A stretch of DNA of 64,000 nucleotides, from assembly GCF_009914755.1 (NCBI RefSeq), contig NC_060930.1; one strand, written 5' to 3'. Below the pieces are notes generated by a model that saw nothing but the letters and a program-made list of their open reading frames with translations, was not told the DNA's origin and did not search any database. The position numbers were made by a program, and so were the translations under genes. Origin of the DNA: the human T2T-CHM13v2.0 reference genome, Homo sapiens. How positions within the stretch are numbered: position 1 is the stretch's first letter; each line of letters opens with the position of its first letter. Positions 14,206 through 31,531 of this stretch are shown here, in pieces.

Positions 14206-14819
14206 TACTTTATTTCTCTATAAATTTGACTATTTTAGGCACCTCACAGAAGTACAATCATACAGTATTTGTCTTCTGTGCCTGTCTCATTTACTTAGTA
14301 TAATGTTCTCAAGTTTCATCCATGCCACAGCAGGCATCAAAATTCCATTCCTTTTTAAAGTTGAATAATATTCCATTTTATGTATAGACAACATTTGGTT
14401 TATCCATTCATCCTTCAATGGACATTTGGTTTGTTTATACCTTCTGGCTATTGTGCATAATGTTACTATAAATAGTGGTGCACAAATATTTGTTCAAGTC
14501 CCTGCTTTCAGTTCTTTAGTGTATATATCCAGAAGTGGAATTAGTAGATCATATGGTAATCTATGCTTAATTTGTTGAGGAACCACCATACTGTTTTCCA
14601 TAGCAGCTGTACCATTTTACATTCCACCAGCAATTTCTCCACATCCTCACTGATATTTCTTATATTTCATTTTTTAATAATAGCCATCCTTCATCTATGG
14701 GTATGAAGTGTTATCTCACTGTGGTTTCAATTTGCACTTACCTAATGACTAGTGATGATGAATAACTGATATGTCAGATTTACAGCTATTTTATTTCTTT
14801 CCTTGTAACTGCATTTATT

Positions 14820-16480
14820 TATTTTTCTCTCTTTAGAACTTTATTGGCATTATAACTTATATACAATAAAATGCATATATTTAAGGTATGCAATTTGATA
14901 AATTTTGACAAAAGTATACATCTTTGAAACTGTCACCACACATTAAGACAATCCATCACTCCCTAGAGTTTCTTCTTGTCTTTTTATAACTCCTCCCTGC
15001 CACACCTCCTCTCCTTACCTCATCTGCTGGCAAGCACTGATTATCTACTTTCTGTAATTTTAGATTCACTGGCATTTTCTAGAATTTTATGCAAATAGTT
15101 ATAGAATATGTACTATGAGGTCCATCCATGTTGTTGCATATATCAATAGTTTATTCCTTTTTACTGCTGAGCAGTATTCTATTATATGGATATATCACAT
15201 GTTATATACACATTTACCTGTTGATGAATATTTGGATTGTTTCTAGTTTTGACTATTACAAATAAAGCTGCTACAAATAGTCCTGTATAGTGTTTGAATT
15301 GAGATAATATTTTCATGTCTCTTGGATAAATATTGAGAAGTGAAATGGCTGGGTCATTATTAATAATTTCATTATTAACTATTTAGGGAACTGTTTCATT
15401 TGTATTAGAGTTCTTCAAAGTAAGAGTGAGAAAGAGTGAGAAAGAAAGATTATGGAAATTCACTCATATGATTATGGGAGTCAAAAAGTCCCACCATCTG
15501 CCTTCTGCAGGCTGGAGAACCAGGAAAGCCAGTGGTGTAATTCAGTCCAAGTCCAAAGGCCTGAGAACCACGGGAGCCAATGATATAAGTCCCAGTCTGA
15601 AGCCAAAGGCCTGAGAACCACTGGCAGGAGGGCAGAGGAGTCCTGCTGATATAAGACCCATAATCCAAAGGACTGAGAACCAGGAAGCTTTGATGTCCAA
15701 GAGAAGGAGAAGATGGATATTCTTGCTCATGCTTCTGCCTTTTATTCCTATTTGAGCCCACAACAGATTGGATGATGTCTGCCCACTTTAGTGAGGGAAG
15801 ATCTTTTTTACCCAGTCTATTTATTCAAATGTTAATATCTTCTGGAGAACCTCATACAGACACACCCAGAAATAATGTTTTACCAGCAATCTGGGCATCC
15901 TCAGCCCAGTCAAGGTGACACATAAAATTAGCCATTACAACATTACTGCCATTTTACAATACAGTGGCAATGTATGAGAATGCCAGGTCCCCTACATTCT
16001 TGGCAATACTTGGTATGGTCAGTCTTTTTCATTTTAATCATTCTAATGGGAATGCTGTAATATCTCCCTGTGGTTTAATTTGTATTTTCTCATGATAATG
16101 ATAAAGAATATCCTTACATGTGCTCATTTGTCATCAATATATTTTCTTTAGAGAAGTATCTGTTCACATTTTTTGTCCAATTTTGAGTTGAATTTTCTTA
16201 TTAAGTTGTAAGAGTAGTATGCCATTATACAAATATATCACATATGTCACACAAAGGATATATATATATATAATATTGTCAAATTTGTGTTTTGTGAATA
16301 TTTTCTCCAACTCTGTAGTTTGCCCTTTCATTTTTTAACGATCTTTTAAAAAGCAAATGTTTTAACTTCGATAAAGTCCAATTGATTTATTTTTCTTCTA
16401 TAGCTTGTGCTTTTTCTGTCAAATTTAAGAAATCTTTGCTAAACCTAAACTCACTAATATTGCCTCCTAAGTATACCTAA
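14820..16480 (-). mobile_element. L1M (MB/MC-like) fragments, interrupted by an MLT2 LTR
   Basis: catccatgttgttgcatatatcaatagtttattcc; cttggcaatacttggtatggtcagtc; gagaagtatctgttcac. Confidence 0.7.
15401..15939 (-). mobile_element. ERVL solo LTR (MLT2B-like)
   Basis: TG...CA ends (tgtattagagttct ... aaaattagccattaca); repeated aaggcctgagaacca; 4/5 TSD tcatt/acatt. Confidence 0.85.
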
Positions 16481-17625
16481 TATTTTATTTCTAAAATAAA
16501 CTGAAAGTAAATCATGTACACTAAAAAAAAAGAAGACTGACCATCCAACCCTACCATGAATTAGTGCCACAGAATCTCTGTTAGTATCTTTAAGCTCTCT
16601 GTCCCTGATGGTCCTGCTGACCCAAAAGACTATTCTTTGAAGAAGGCTGAAAACTCCATACATAGTATAACAAATCGTAAGAACTGGACTAGTGTAGATC
16701 AGTGGTAACCACTCAATACCCTCTGTAAAGGCACCTATACAGTGATGCCTAATCCATCATCCCATCTTTTACTAATTCTGTTTTTCCTTTTCAAAGACTG
16801 TAATCAGGCAAAAACAGGCAAGAGTTGCAGCCAGGAAGTGCTGCCCCCATGGAGAGACACTGGGATTTAAACCAACATAATTTGAACAGGTCTTTGGAGA
16901 CAAAATGCTGAATGTGGATGGGGAAAAGATGCAGATGTTGAGGTTGAAGAGGGAGGAAGCTGGGAACCCTGCATAAGGTGCTGAATGATAAAGCTGGTTC
17001 CCAGCCCCAAACTTCTTCTGGGGAAGAGAGCACAGCTGCAAATGAAAGGATACACATAGAAGCCATGAAGCTGAGTAAGTGCTTATCTACAGCCCATTGT
17101 TCTCAACTGTCTTCTATTGGATCACAGCCAAAACTACAACATCAAGAAATTCTTGGCTAATTCTGCTTCCTGCAAAATCAAGGGCAAGAATTCAACAACA
17201 AAGATCCAGTACAGAGGCTTAGCCCTCTGAAAACTTCCACAAATGAAGCCAATGGACTATACTCAATTTAAAACACAGTTAAAGGACACCAACCCTCCCA
17301 GATGAGAAGGAATCAGTGGAAGAACTCTGGCATTTCAAAAAGCCAGAGTGTCCCCTTACCTCCAAATGAGCCCACTAGGTCCCCACCAATGGTTCTTAAC
17401 TAGTCTGAAATGTCTGAAACGACAGACATGAAATTCAGAATACGAATGGCAAGGAAGCTCATCAAGAACTAGGACAATGTTGAAAGTCATTCCAAGGAAG
17501 CCAAGCAATTCAAGAGCTGAAAGATGAAATAGCCATTTTAAGAAAGACCCAAATTAAACTTTTTAAGCTGAAAAATTCACCACAAGAATTTCATAATATG
17601 ATCAGAAGTATTAATATTAACAGCA

Positions 17626-17930
<305 letters not shown>

Positions 17931-20900
17931 AGAAGTATTAATAGCAGAATAAACCTACCTGAGGAAAGAATCTCAGAGCTCAAATACCAGTTCTTCAAAT
18001 CAACTCAGTCACACAAAAATAAAGAAAAAAGAATTTTTAAAAATAAAAGATCCAGCAATATGGGATTATGTAAAGAGACCAAATCTATATCACACTGGCA
18101 TTTCTGAGAGAGAAAGAAAGGGAATAAGCAACTTGGAAAATATATTTGAAGATGTAGTTCATAAAAATTTTCCTAATCTTGCTAGAAAGGCTGGCATGCA
18201 AATCTAGGAAATACAGAAACCCCTGGAAAATACAATAAAAGATGACCATCCCCAAGGCACATAGTCATCAGATTCACCAAGGTCAATGCAAAAGTCAAAA
18301 TCTTAATGGCAGCTACAGAGAAGGGGCAAAGTTATTTATAGAGGGAACCCCATCAGGCTAGCAGCAAACTTCTCAGCTGAAACCATATAAGCCAGAAGAG
18401 ATTGGGGGCCTATTTTCAGCATCCTGAAAGAAAATAAATTCCAACCAAGAATTTGATATCATCCCAACTGAAGCTTTATAAGTGAAGGATAAATAAAATC
18501 CTTCTCGGACAAACAAATGCTGAGACAATACATTTCAACTAGACCACCCTTACAAGAGGTCCTTAAAGGAGTGCTAAACAGGCAATTGAAAAAATGACAC
18601 CTGCTACCACAAAAACACACTTAAGCACATAGCCCACAGGCACTATAAATCAACTGCACAAGTCTACATAACAACCAGCTAACAACAAAATTACAGGATC
18701 AAAATCATACATATCATTACTAACCTTGAATATAAATGAGCTAAATGCCCCACTTAAAAGACAGAGTAGCAAGCTGGATAAAAAGAAAAGAGCCAACCAT
18801 CTGTTGTCTTTAAGAGACTCATTTCATATAGCAAAACACACATGCTCAAAGTAAAAGGATAGAAAAAATCTACCATGTAAACAGAAAACAAAAAAGAATA
18901 GGAAGTACTATCCTTATATCAGATAAGACAGAATTTAAACCAATAAAAATTAAGAAAGACAATGAAGGGCATTACATAATGATAACGGGTACAATCCAAC
19001 AAGAAGCTTCAACTATTCTAATATATAGGTTCCCAACATTAGAGCAGCAGGCTCATGAAACAAGTTCTTCTTGATCTACAAAAGGACTTAGACAACCACA
19101 CAATAATAGTGAGAGATTTCTACACCCCACTGACAACATTAGATGGATCAGAGGCAGAAAACTAACAAACTCTGGACTTAAACTCGACACTTGTCTAATT
19201 AGACCTAATAGACATCTACAGAACATTCCATCAAACAACCACAGAATATACATTCTTCTCATCTGTACATGCAACATATTCTAAGATCAACCACATGCTC
19301 AGTCATACAGCAAGTCTCAATACATTGAAAAAAATTGAAATCATACCAAGCACATTCTCACACCACAGTGCAATACAAATAAAATCAATATTAAGAAGAT
19401 CTCTCAAGACTACATAAGCACATGTAAAGTAAATAACTTACTCCTGAATAACTCCTGGATAAACATCAAAATTAAGGCAGGAATCAAAAAATTATTTGAA
19501 ATCTATGAAAATGGGGATACAACTTACAAAATCTCTGGGATACAGTCAAAGCAGTATTAAGAGGAAAGTTTATTGTGCTAAATGCCTTCATCAAGAAGTT
19601 AGAAATATCTCTTATTAACAATCAAACTTTGCACCTAAAATAACTAAAAACAAAAAGAACAATCCAACCCAAAGCCAGCAGGAGTAAATAAATAACTAAC
19701 ATTAGAGAAAAACTTAATGAAAACTGAAATGCAAAAATCCTTACAAAAGATCAATAAAACCAAGACTTTGCTCTTCAAGTAAATAAATAAGGTAAACTAC
19801 TAACTAAATTAACAAAGGAAAAGAAAGAGAAGATCCAAGTAAGCACAATCAGAAATGACAAAGGTGATATTACAACTGATCCCACAGAAATTTTTAAAAA
19901 TAACCCTCAGAGACTACTACAAACAACTCTATGCACAAAAATTAGAAAATCTAGAGGAAATAGGTAACTTCATGGAAGCACATAATCTCCCAAGATTGAA
20001 TCATGAATAAATCAAAACCTTGAACAGACCATATCAATTTCTGAAATTAAATTAGTAAAAAAGATCCTACTGAACGAAAAAAGCCTTGGACCAGATGGAC
20101 TCACTGCTGGAATCTACCAGACACACAAAGAACTGACACCAATCCTACTGAAACTATTCCAAACAAATTGAAGAGAAGGGGCTTCTCCCTAACTCATTCT
20201 ATGAAGCCACATCAGCCTGATACCAAAATGTGGCAGAGACACAATAAAAAAGAAGACCTCAGGCCAATATCCTTGATGAACATAGATGCAATAATCCTTA
20301 AGATATTAGCAAACCAAATCCAGCAGCACATCCAAAAGTTAATACATCACAATCAAGTAGGCTTCATTCTTGAGATGCAAGCCTGGTTCAACATACAGAA
20401 ATCAATAAGTGTGATTGACCACATAAACAGAATTAAAAGCAAAAGCCATAGGATCATCTCAATAGATGTGAAAAAGCTTTTAATAAAATTCAACATTGCT
20501 TTATGTTAAAAACCCTCAAGATGTATGTTCCTAGGCATTGAAGAAACATACTTCAAAATAAAAAGAGCCATCTATGACAAACTTTAGCTAATATCCTGCG
20601 GAATGCACAAAAGCTGGAACTATTCCCCTTAAGAACTGAAACAAGACAAAGATGTCCTCACTGCTCCTATTCAATATAGCACTGAAAGTCCTAGCCAAAG
20701 CAATCGCAAGAAAAAGAAAGAAAAGGCATCCAAACAGGAAAAGAAGTCAAACTATCTCTCTTCACTGACAATATGATTCTATACCTAGTAAAACCCAAAA
20801 GACTCTGCCAAAAGGCTGCTAGAACTGATAAATGACTTTAGTAAAGTTTCAGGATACAAAATCAATGTATAAAGATCAGTAGCATTTCCATACATTAACA

Positions 20901-20959
20901 ATGTCCAGGCTAAGAGTGAACTTAAGAAAACAAACTCACTTTAAGAAGCCACAAGGAGG

Positions 20960-21201
20960 GGCTGGGCACGGTGGCTCACGCCTGTAATCCCAGAACTTTG
21001 GGAGGCCGAGGTGGGCAGATCATGAGATGAGGAGATGGAGACCATCCTGGCTAACACGGGGAAACCCTGTCTCTATTAAAAATACAAAAAAAAAAAAAAA
21101 AAATTAGCCGGGCGTTGTGGGCGCCTGTAGTCCCAGCTACTTGGGAGGCTGAGGCAGGAGAATGGTGTGAATCCGGGAGGCGGAGCTTGCAGTGAGCTGA
21201 G
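20960..21201 (+). mobile_element. AluY-like element lacking its last ~40 nt and poly(A) tail
   Basis: catcctggctaacacg, gaatggtgtgaa, cggagcttgcag; ends at gtgagctgag; agccacaa repeated at 20947-20954 and 21200-21207. Confidence 0.9.
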
Positions 21202-21719
21202 CCACAAAGAAAATGAAATATCTAGGAATACAAAATCTCTGCAATGAGAACTACAAAACACTGCTGAAAGAAATCAGAGATGAAGCAAACAAATGGAAAA
21301 ACAATCCATGCTCATGGATGAGAAGAATCAATATTGTACAAATGTCCATACTGCTCAAAGCAATTTACAGATCAGTGCTATTCCTATCAAACCACCAATA
21401 TCATTCTTCACAAAATTAGGTAAAATCATTTTAAAATTCATATAGAACCAAAAATGAGCCCAAATAGCCAAAGCAATCCTAAGCAAAAAGAACAAAGCCA
21501 GAGGCATCACATTACTCAACTTCAAATTATACTATGAAGCTACAGTAGACAAAACCACATGGTAATGGTACAAAATTAGACACATAGATCAATGGAACAG
21601 AATAGAAAACCGAGAAATAAAGCAGCACACCTACAATCATCTGACTTTGACAAGGCCAACAAAAACAAGCAATAGGGAAAAAACTCCCTATTCAATAAAT
21701 GGTGCCAAAATAATTGGCA

Positions 21720-21828
21720 GGAGGTGGAGGTTGCAGTGAGCCAAGATTGTGCCATTACACTCTAGCCTGGTGGACAGAGCAAGACTCTGTGTCAAAAGAA
21801 AAAAAAAAAGAAAAAGAAAAAAAGAAAG
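21720..21828 (+). mobile_element. Alu 3'-terminal fragment with A-rich tail
   Basis: ggaggtggaggttgcagtgagccaagattgtgcc...gcaagactctgtgtc followed by the tail. Confidence 0.9.
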
Positions 21829-21831
21829 AGT

Positions 21832-22435
21832 CCTTCAGACAAACAAAAACTGAGGGAATTCATCACCAGCAGACTTGCCCTTCAAGAAATGTTAAGTTAT
21901 TCAGATGGAGGAAAATGATATAAGTCAGGGTCTACATCAAGAAAGAAAATGCTCTGAGGAAGGAATGAATGAAAGTAAGATAAAATCTTTTATTTTTCTT
22001 ATTTTTAGTTGATCTAAAACATCTGTTTCTTTAAAGCAATAATCATAACAGTACATTGGATGGTTATAACATATAGATAAGCAAAATGAATCACAGCAAT
22101 GTCACAAGAGACAGAATGAATTCAGGATATTCTGTTATAAGGTAACTCTACCCATATATGACAGGGTATAGTGAGAGTTATTCAAAGATGGACTTAGAAT
22201 AGTTAATAATGTGTATTGTAAACTATACGTCAACCACTAAGATGTTTTTAAAAGAAGTCATTGATATGCTGAGAAAGGAGTAAGATGGAATCATACAAAA
22301 TGTTCTATTAAAACCAGAAAAAGATGGAGGACAGGGAGAGAAAACAAAGAACAAATGCAACAATCAGAAAACAAACATAAGTATGATAGGTATTAATCCA
22401 ACTATATCAATATATCAGTTTAAATATGAATGGTA
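21832..22435 (+). mobile_element. Old L1M fragment (end of ORF1, inter-ORF, ORF2 start)
   Basis: ttcagacaaacaaaaactgagggaattcatcaccagcagacttgccc; ccaactatatcaatatatcagtttaaatatgaatgg. Confidence 0.65.
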
Positions 22436-22717
22436 TGATTGGGTAGAGACTGATTCTCTGGCTTATTGCCTTGACTAGGAATTTTAGATGCAGGTTACAT
22501 GAGAAGTCTTTACTACCTTTTCCATTTTGCTGTAAATTTAAAAGTAATAAATATTATTTTATTTATTCTAAAATTAAAAGGTTATTGAAAACTGATATTC
22601 AGCTAAAGCCATAGAGTCCATAACCTTAGTTTCAAGTAGTTCTCTCAAAATGCAATGCATTAATTCCAAGAGGATTTGGTTTTTCCGCAAATGCAAATTT
22701 AAAGACATCATTGTCTA

Positions 22718-22918
22718 GAACAGCACTGTCTGATAAAACTTTCTGCCATGACAGAAATGATCTTTATGTGTGCGGTTCAGTATGGTAGTCACAAACCACA
22801 TGTGACTACTGAACATTTCAAATGTGGCTAATGTAGCAAATAAAATAAATTTTTTATTTTATTTTCGATTAGTTATTTTTTTAATTTAAATAACCACATT
22901 GTACCATATTAATGCAGG
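22718..22918. mobile_element. hAT-Charlie MITE (MER3-like)
   Basis: cagcactgtctgataaaactttctgccatgacagaaatg...ccacatgtgactactgaacatttcaaatgtggcta. Confidence 0.7.
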
Positions 22919-23222
22919 TGTCTTGTGCAAGTTGAATACAAGTCTTAATTTAAGCAAGCGACTCACTCTCCTACCCAGTTCTAGCATTAACTTATTATAT
23001 TAGGTGCTAAAATTTTCATAGTTGGAATTTTGATATTATGAATTTATAAAAATATTTTTTTCAGACTTTAGCAGATTAACTATGAAAATACAGTTCTGAA
23101 ATATAATATCAGGAGAGAAATAAGATTAATTCCAATTTTAGAAACCTCTAGTCCAAATTATGGACTTTTATTTTGTTAGAAACTAACTCCTTTCATCTCA
23201 ACAAAAATTGTGTATGAACTAA

Positions 23223-23553
<331 letters not shown>

Positions 23554-23589
23554 TTATCACACACGTTTAAAGCTTCTATCACAGTACCA

Positions 23590-24850
23590 CCAGCTTTCAG
23601 TTAAAAACAGAGCCTGGCTAGAAGTCCCTGAAATGGAGTAATCCCCAAATTCCCACTAAAATATCTTTGAAAGCAAAAACAAAGACAATACACAATAGCA
23701 CTGAAAACTAGCATCAACTTTATGGAAGAATTTTCATTAGTTATTAGGCCAATGGATCTGGGTTGAGAAACACAGGTTTTTTCTTCTAATTGGTTTAGCC
23801 ATAAGAAATGGAAAATTTATCTGCCTAAAATTAGGCCAAAAAGCCATTAGTCCTCCGGATATTACTTTCTAGTTCATAAACAAAATCTTTATTTACCTGA
23901 AAACTGGGTAACTGTTGTTCTTCTGCCTCAAAGCAGCGCTTATTGAGGTAGCCCCAGTGAGTAATTGTCTTTGCATGTTGGGGAAACAAAATTTCCAACA
24001 AAAAATTGGGCTGCAAATGAAGGCCCCAGAGATGGGTGTTGTACACTTGCTGGCACCATCCCCAGGCAGAAAGACTGTCAGTGGAAGTGGAAGCCAAAAT
24101 ATCTCTAGTGACACATGGTGTATGGTCTTGTCAAATTAAGTCTGATATGGAAAGGGAAGAAACCATCTTCATGAGATATACATATTCAGTGTCACTGGGA
24201 ACTAAACCAGGGCAGGAATATCCATGCTGTTGTTTCAGAAGAGGGTTCACCTGGCATCAAATGGAAAGTGAACTGGAAATATAGAAAACTGTAGATTTGA
24301 CCACAAACTTTATTAAAGGAAGATGATCTGAAACTCAACCAAAAATGATAAGCGATTTAAAAAATAATGAAAATTTGACAGATGTGGAACCCAGAGAATG
24401 AAGAAACTATGTTAAGAATTACAGTTATTCCCAAAGATGTAACTAGAAACACATAACAGAGGCCATGGTGAGTGACAGAATTGAATAAAACTTGTCAAAG
24501 CTAGTTAAAGACATTATAACTTAGTTTAAAAGGCCAGCTCAACTATTTTCCAAGTAAATATCCATCAACAGAGCAAAATCTACATATTCTATGAAAGTGC
24601 CCAATTAACAGGCTAAAATAAAGTCCATAAGGCTCTAGGCAGAAAAAGCAAAGAAACTGGCCTCTCCATCAAGGAACAATATTAGGCTGGCCTGAAATTT
24701 TTTTCTTTGCAATATGTAGTAAGCACACAATGAATTTTTAGGGAGAAAAGGCAAATAATACAAGGATGTAGCTCTGCCAAGTTGTCATTCACATGTGAAG
24801 ATAACAAAAAGACAGTCTCAATGACAGAGGGTTCAGAAAACATACCACTG
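23590..24850 (+). mobile_element. Highly diverged L1M ORF1-region fragments
   Basis: A-rich + strand with ORF1-like text (aaggaacaatattaggctggcctgaaatttt; aagttgtcattcacatgtgaag). Confidence 0.4.
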
Positions 24851-24859
24851 TTACACCAT

Positions 24860-25946
24860 TTTTACTTAAAAGGTCAAGTGCAGTTATGTAGTGGAACTCT
24901 TATCCTTTGCTTTTCACATCTCTATCTCAAACTATAAAAACCATATTCCTGCTTCAGCCCAAAGTCTGCCTTCCTAGGGAGGCTGGGGAGAGGGTTTTCC
25001 AACTTTCTTTCCTCTCTAAGAAGGGAAGAACGGTGGAAAGAACCTACCCTTCATTGGTTCTCACTACTGGGGAATAGTCGTCGTGCCTCGAAGGAAGAAA
25101 TGGACTCCACCGATTCTCTCTGCTGCTCCTTCTCTGCCTCTGCTGTAATTACCTGCTCAGGCAGAGCATGCTCTCCTCTTTTCCCTGTTCCCAAGTGGTA
25201 GACCATCAGCTCACAGCCTCCAGGCTTGGAGAAAAAAGGCCTGCAATACATCTTTTCTGCTTATGACTGAGTGGAGAAATTAATTTCTGGGTACATCCTT
25301 GGCTTTCTCAGCTTTACTACTGTGTAGATAGGAGATTTGACTCTGGACATCTATTCCATCCTCTTTCTATAGAATATTCCTGTAAAGCTGAGAATGGAAG
25401 ACCCAACAATTCAATTCGTAGGCTACTTTGCACTAAAGTTCCAGGTGTGATTCAGGTTAGACCAATCAAATACATTTGTAGGAGATTTGGAAAAAGCTGC
25501 AGTATTGCACAAGGCACTTTCTCCAGCTGCTGCTCCTATTTCTGCTGGCAGCACAGTCATGAAGGACCTTAGTTTTTCTGAGGCAGCATTAATAGTCCAG
25601 TCCCTAGCTTCACAGCTGTCAAAAGGCAGACCATGGGTCATCCATTTTGCCAGCACACTTTCTAACAAGTGGGACATGATTGTGCAGCCAGGTGCAGAAG
25701 CAGCTTCCTAATCATGGCTGTGACAGAATGACCCTGGAGCTGGACGTTTCCTGATTATAGCAGTGGGGGAAGCTTCATAGGTGACCTGGTCCTGGGCTGT
25801 AGCTTGGGAGTCGCTCTTGTATATTCCATTTTATAAACTATTTAATGTCATGTACACACACACACACACACACACACACAATTATTTTTCCTTCTTTAAC
25901 TAGCAGAAATGGATTCGTTTCTCTGCTACTGAACTCTGACCAATAC
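24860..25946 (+). mobile_element. Old ERVL-class LTR (LTR33/LTR50-like); left boundary approximate
   Basis: 3' terminus ttaactagcagaaatggattc...gaactctgaccaataca is typical of ERVL LTR ends. Confidence 0.45.
25854..25880. repeat. (AC)13 microsatellite
   Basis: Read directly. Confidence 0.95.
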
Positions 25947-28319
25947 AACCAGAGAGCCATATACTTGTTCAGGTGTTATTGATCCTACTTGACCCCTATA
26001 TCTGTTATCAATTCTTTAGAACTTGGCGGGGGAAAGGGATGAAGATTGGGCTCTCCTAAACCTCCAAAATCAGTCATCTAAGAACAGGATTAAAATTAAA
26101 AACTCAACATTTTATACAAGGTTGTTATGTAAAAGGATTGGTGGTGAGCATTAAAATCAAATAATGTTTGACTATATAACATTACTGTAAACATAAAATA
26201 AAAATTTCACAAATAATACATAAAATATATATAGCCTAGAAAGTACTTATTTAACTACTCATATAGCCTAAAATTCAAGATAAAACTAATGAAGTTTAGG
26301 AATTTAGAGCTATTATGGGTCAAAAATAAAAGTGGCATAAAGAATACTAAAAATATACTATTTAGCTTTTACTAAAATAAAGATTTTAAATGTAGCTGGA
26401 AAGTTATTTTTTCAAAAAATGTGAACCTCTACTATGCCTTAAATATTGGCAAACAAAGCAAAATTGGGACATTCGTAGAAAAATTCAGAAATAAGGAATC
26501 AGTAATTATGGCAAGGAAAAGTAAATTATAAAATAACATATCAAATCCTTTAGATCATAAATGTGAATAATATAGATTTCCCAATTAAATTATAAGGTTA
26601 TGATACACTGCTTACAAAAGAAACAATAACAGAATGATTACAATGGGTTAAAAATAAAAGCCTTGTAGAAAAGATATCAAACTCAAGCCGAAATAAAAAC
26701 AGTAAACACCAGGGGTAACAATATTAATTTTAGACCAAGCCACATTTAAGATACCAATTATTAAGTGGGCAAAAATTATCACTTAAAAAGTTGAATCCAT
26801 AAAACAGAGATATACACTTTCATTTGACAAAACATGAAATAAAAACTAAGAAGTACAAGGAGGAATATGTAGGCACACAACTGTTTGGGAAGCTCATAAA
26901 TTCAAGCTCTGGCAGACCATATTAGTGTTAATACGGAAGAACATAGATATTTTAAATCATATGTGGAGGGAGAAAAAACATTTGTTCTTTATAAAAAAGA
27001 AATAAACTCTCTAGGAATATTCATCTGCTCCTGGTAAAAAGAAAAACAAACACCTTTCTTTGAAAGAAAGTTAAATTTAAACCTGTTAAAATGTTTTTAA
27101 TTCCAGGTACAAAGATTCGCGTATATAGATATTAATAATAGTTACCATTTTAGTGCTTACTGTGTCCCAGACATTCTGATAAGAGGTTTACATGTATTTA
27201 TATGCAACAATGACATAATAAGTTAAAAATAAGGAATGAAGAATGTTTGCTAACTTGAAACAGTCACATGCTATAATATGAAGCGGGATGTCAAACTAAG
27301 AGTACATGTATTTGTGTGCCTGTGTGTATACATACAAATAGTATGATCAACCTTTGTAAAACATAGACAAAGTCTGAAATGAAACAAAAGCATCCATATA
27401 GTAATGGCAGTTTCCTCTGAGTAGTGAGATTACAAGTGATTTTTGTTGTTGTTCTTTATATTTTTCTGTAGTTTCCAAACTTTCTTTCTATACTTCACTA
27501 TTTAATTATCAAAAAAAATGAGTTTTAAAATAAAATACATAGGGGAAGTTTCTGATAAATAAAATGTCAACCCATTACAATATGAAACAAGGCCCCTTAT
27601 TTTAAATTTCGCTTTAATAATTTGAAATATCAACCAACTGAACTAAATAGATGTTCCCTTCACTGTAGCAATGTTGAAGGCATAGTTTAGTATATCTAAC
27701 TAGGAGCTGACTTGAACAAACTTTTTAGCTAGTTATAGTAAGGAAAAATATAAAAATAGCAGCTTAGCAGAGAATCTGATAAAACCAAAATACCACCTTG
27801 GTATGTGGCAGACATGTTCTTGTATAAAAACACTTTATTGATTGTGACCAAGGCAATTGTATTTTATAGAATAGGGAAATAAAAAACATTGTAGAGATGA
27901 AAGTCTACAAGATGCATGTATATATGTAGGGGGGAAAAAGTCACTAAAAGTAGTTGATATTGGTTAAAAAATTAAGCTACCATACTTTGAAGAAAAATTA
28001 ATTAGTAGTTCACAAGACAAAAATGAATAAAGGAAAACATGAAACCCATGAAGTTTATGGTGAGATGGAACACATATACTATGTTTTTATGAAATCCAAA
28101 ATCAACAGGAATAATCACTAGAAAATTAGGGGTGTAGGAAAGTGGGATTATGCTTAAGAATCCACTTACAAACTGACTACTATCTAAAGCTCTCTCCTTC
28201 TTCATCTCCTCAATAAGATTTGACAATTATTTATGTAGGTAATAAAAGGTACATGAATGAATGTAAAATAATAAGTCACGCATGATTATAATTTGCCACT
28301 CATTATGTTAAGTCCAACA

Positions 28320-28505
28320 CATTTGCTTAATTCTTTCATCAACTCCATGTAGTAGACATTATTAACATCTCCCTTTCACAGATGAGGTAACTAAGGCTTA
28401 AAAGAAAAATAATGTTTTAATTGTCCAACTAGAAAATGGTAAAACCAGGACTTAGATACAATTTCATCTGACTCCAAACCTCTGCTCTTAACCATTGTGA
28501 TGTGC
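28320..28505 (-). mobile_element. MIR
   Basis: Core tttcacagatgaggtaactaaggct; tctgactccaaacctctgctcttaacca. Confidence 0.8.
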
Positions 28506-29010
28506 TATATAATTAATGCCAGTAGATATTTATATTGGAATGTCAAATTAATTATTTGTATCAACTTTTCCTCACTGTGACTGCCTTTTGCACAATATTT
28601 CAATTACCTTACATCTAAATTAATCATAAATTAAATCATTAAGAGCAAATATGGTGACTAAGTTAGAACTACACTCCCAAAATGTTTCCAGTTTGGAACT
28701 GGTAAGTTAGAATTTTCACAAGAATTAGAAAGTGGAAATGAATGTCAACCATGACTCTCAGAAGGTCAATGTGAGTTCGATGCAAAGATAGACTGGCATG
28801 GAGTTGGCAGCAGGTTTCAGTTGGTCCTGGTTCTGTACTCTGCATCCACCTCTTAACAACAGCAGTCCCAGGTCCACCCCCAGTCTCTTGGATGTGGATG
28901 CACAGAGGCCTTAGTTACCCAGAGTCACAGCTCCCCATGGACTTTTCCATGAACTTTCCCTTCAGCCTCATTTTGGCAGTTGGAAATCCTTTGCAAACTT
29001 TTCATATTAA

Positions 29011-31531
<2,521 letters not shown>

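Larger units (their letters stand above)
13215..14790 (-). mobile_element. L1MB-like 3' region, interrupted by an Alu (13259-13540) and an LTR fragment (~13700-14205)
   Basis: Typical minus-strand L1MB text (ttattgtggtaaaatatac; attccattcctttttaaagttgaataatattcc; gaaccaccatactgttttcc). Confidence 0.75.

Noticed and set aside
20960-21828. Idea that the tail-less Alu and the Alu 3' fragment at 21720 are two halves of one element
   Set aside because: They overlap in consensus position and differ at a diagnostic site (gagcttgcag, Y-type, versus gaggttgcag, S-type).
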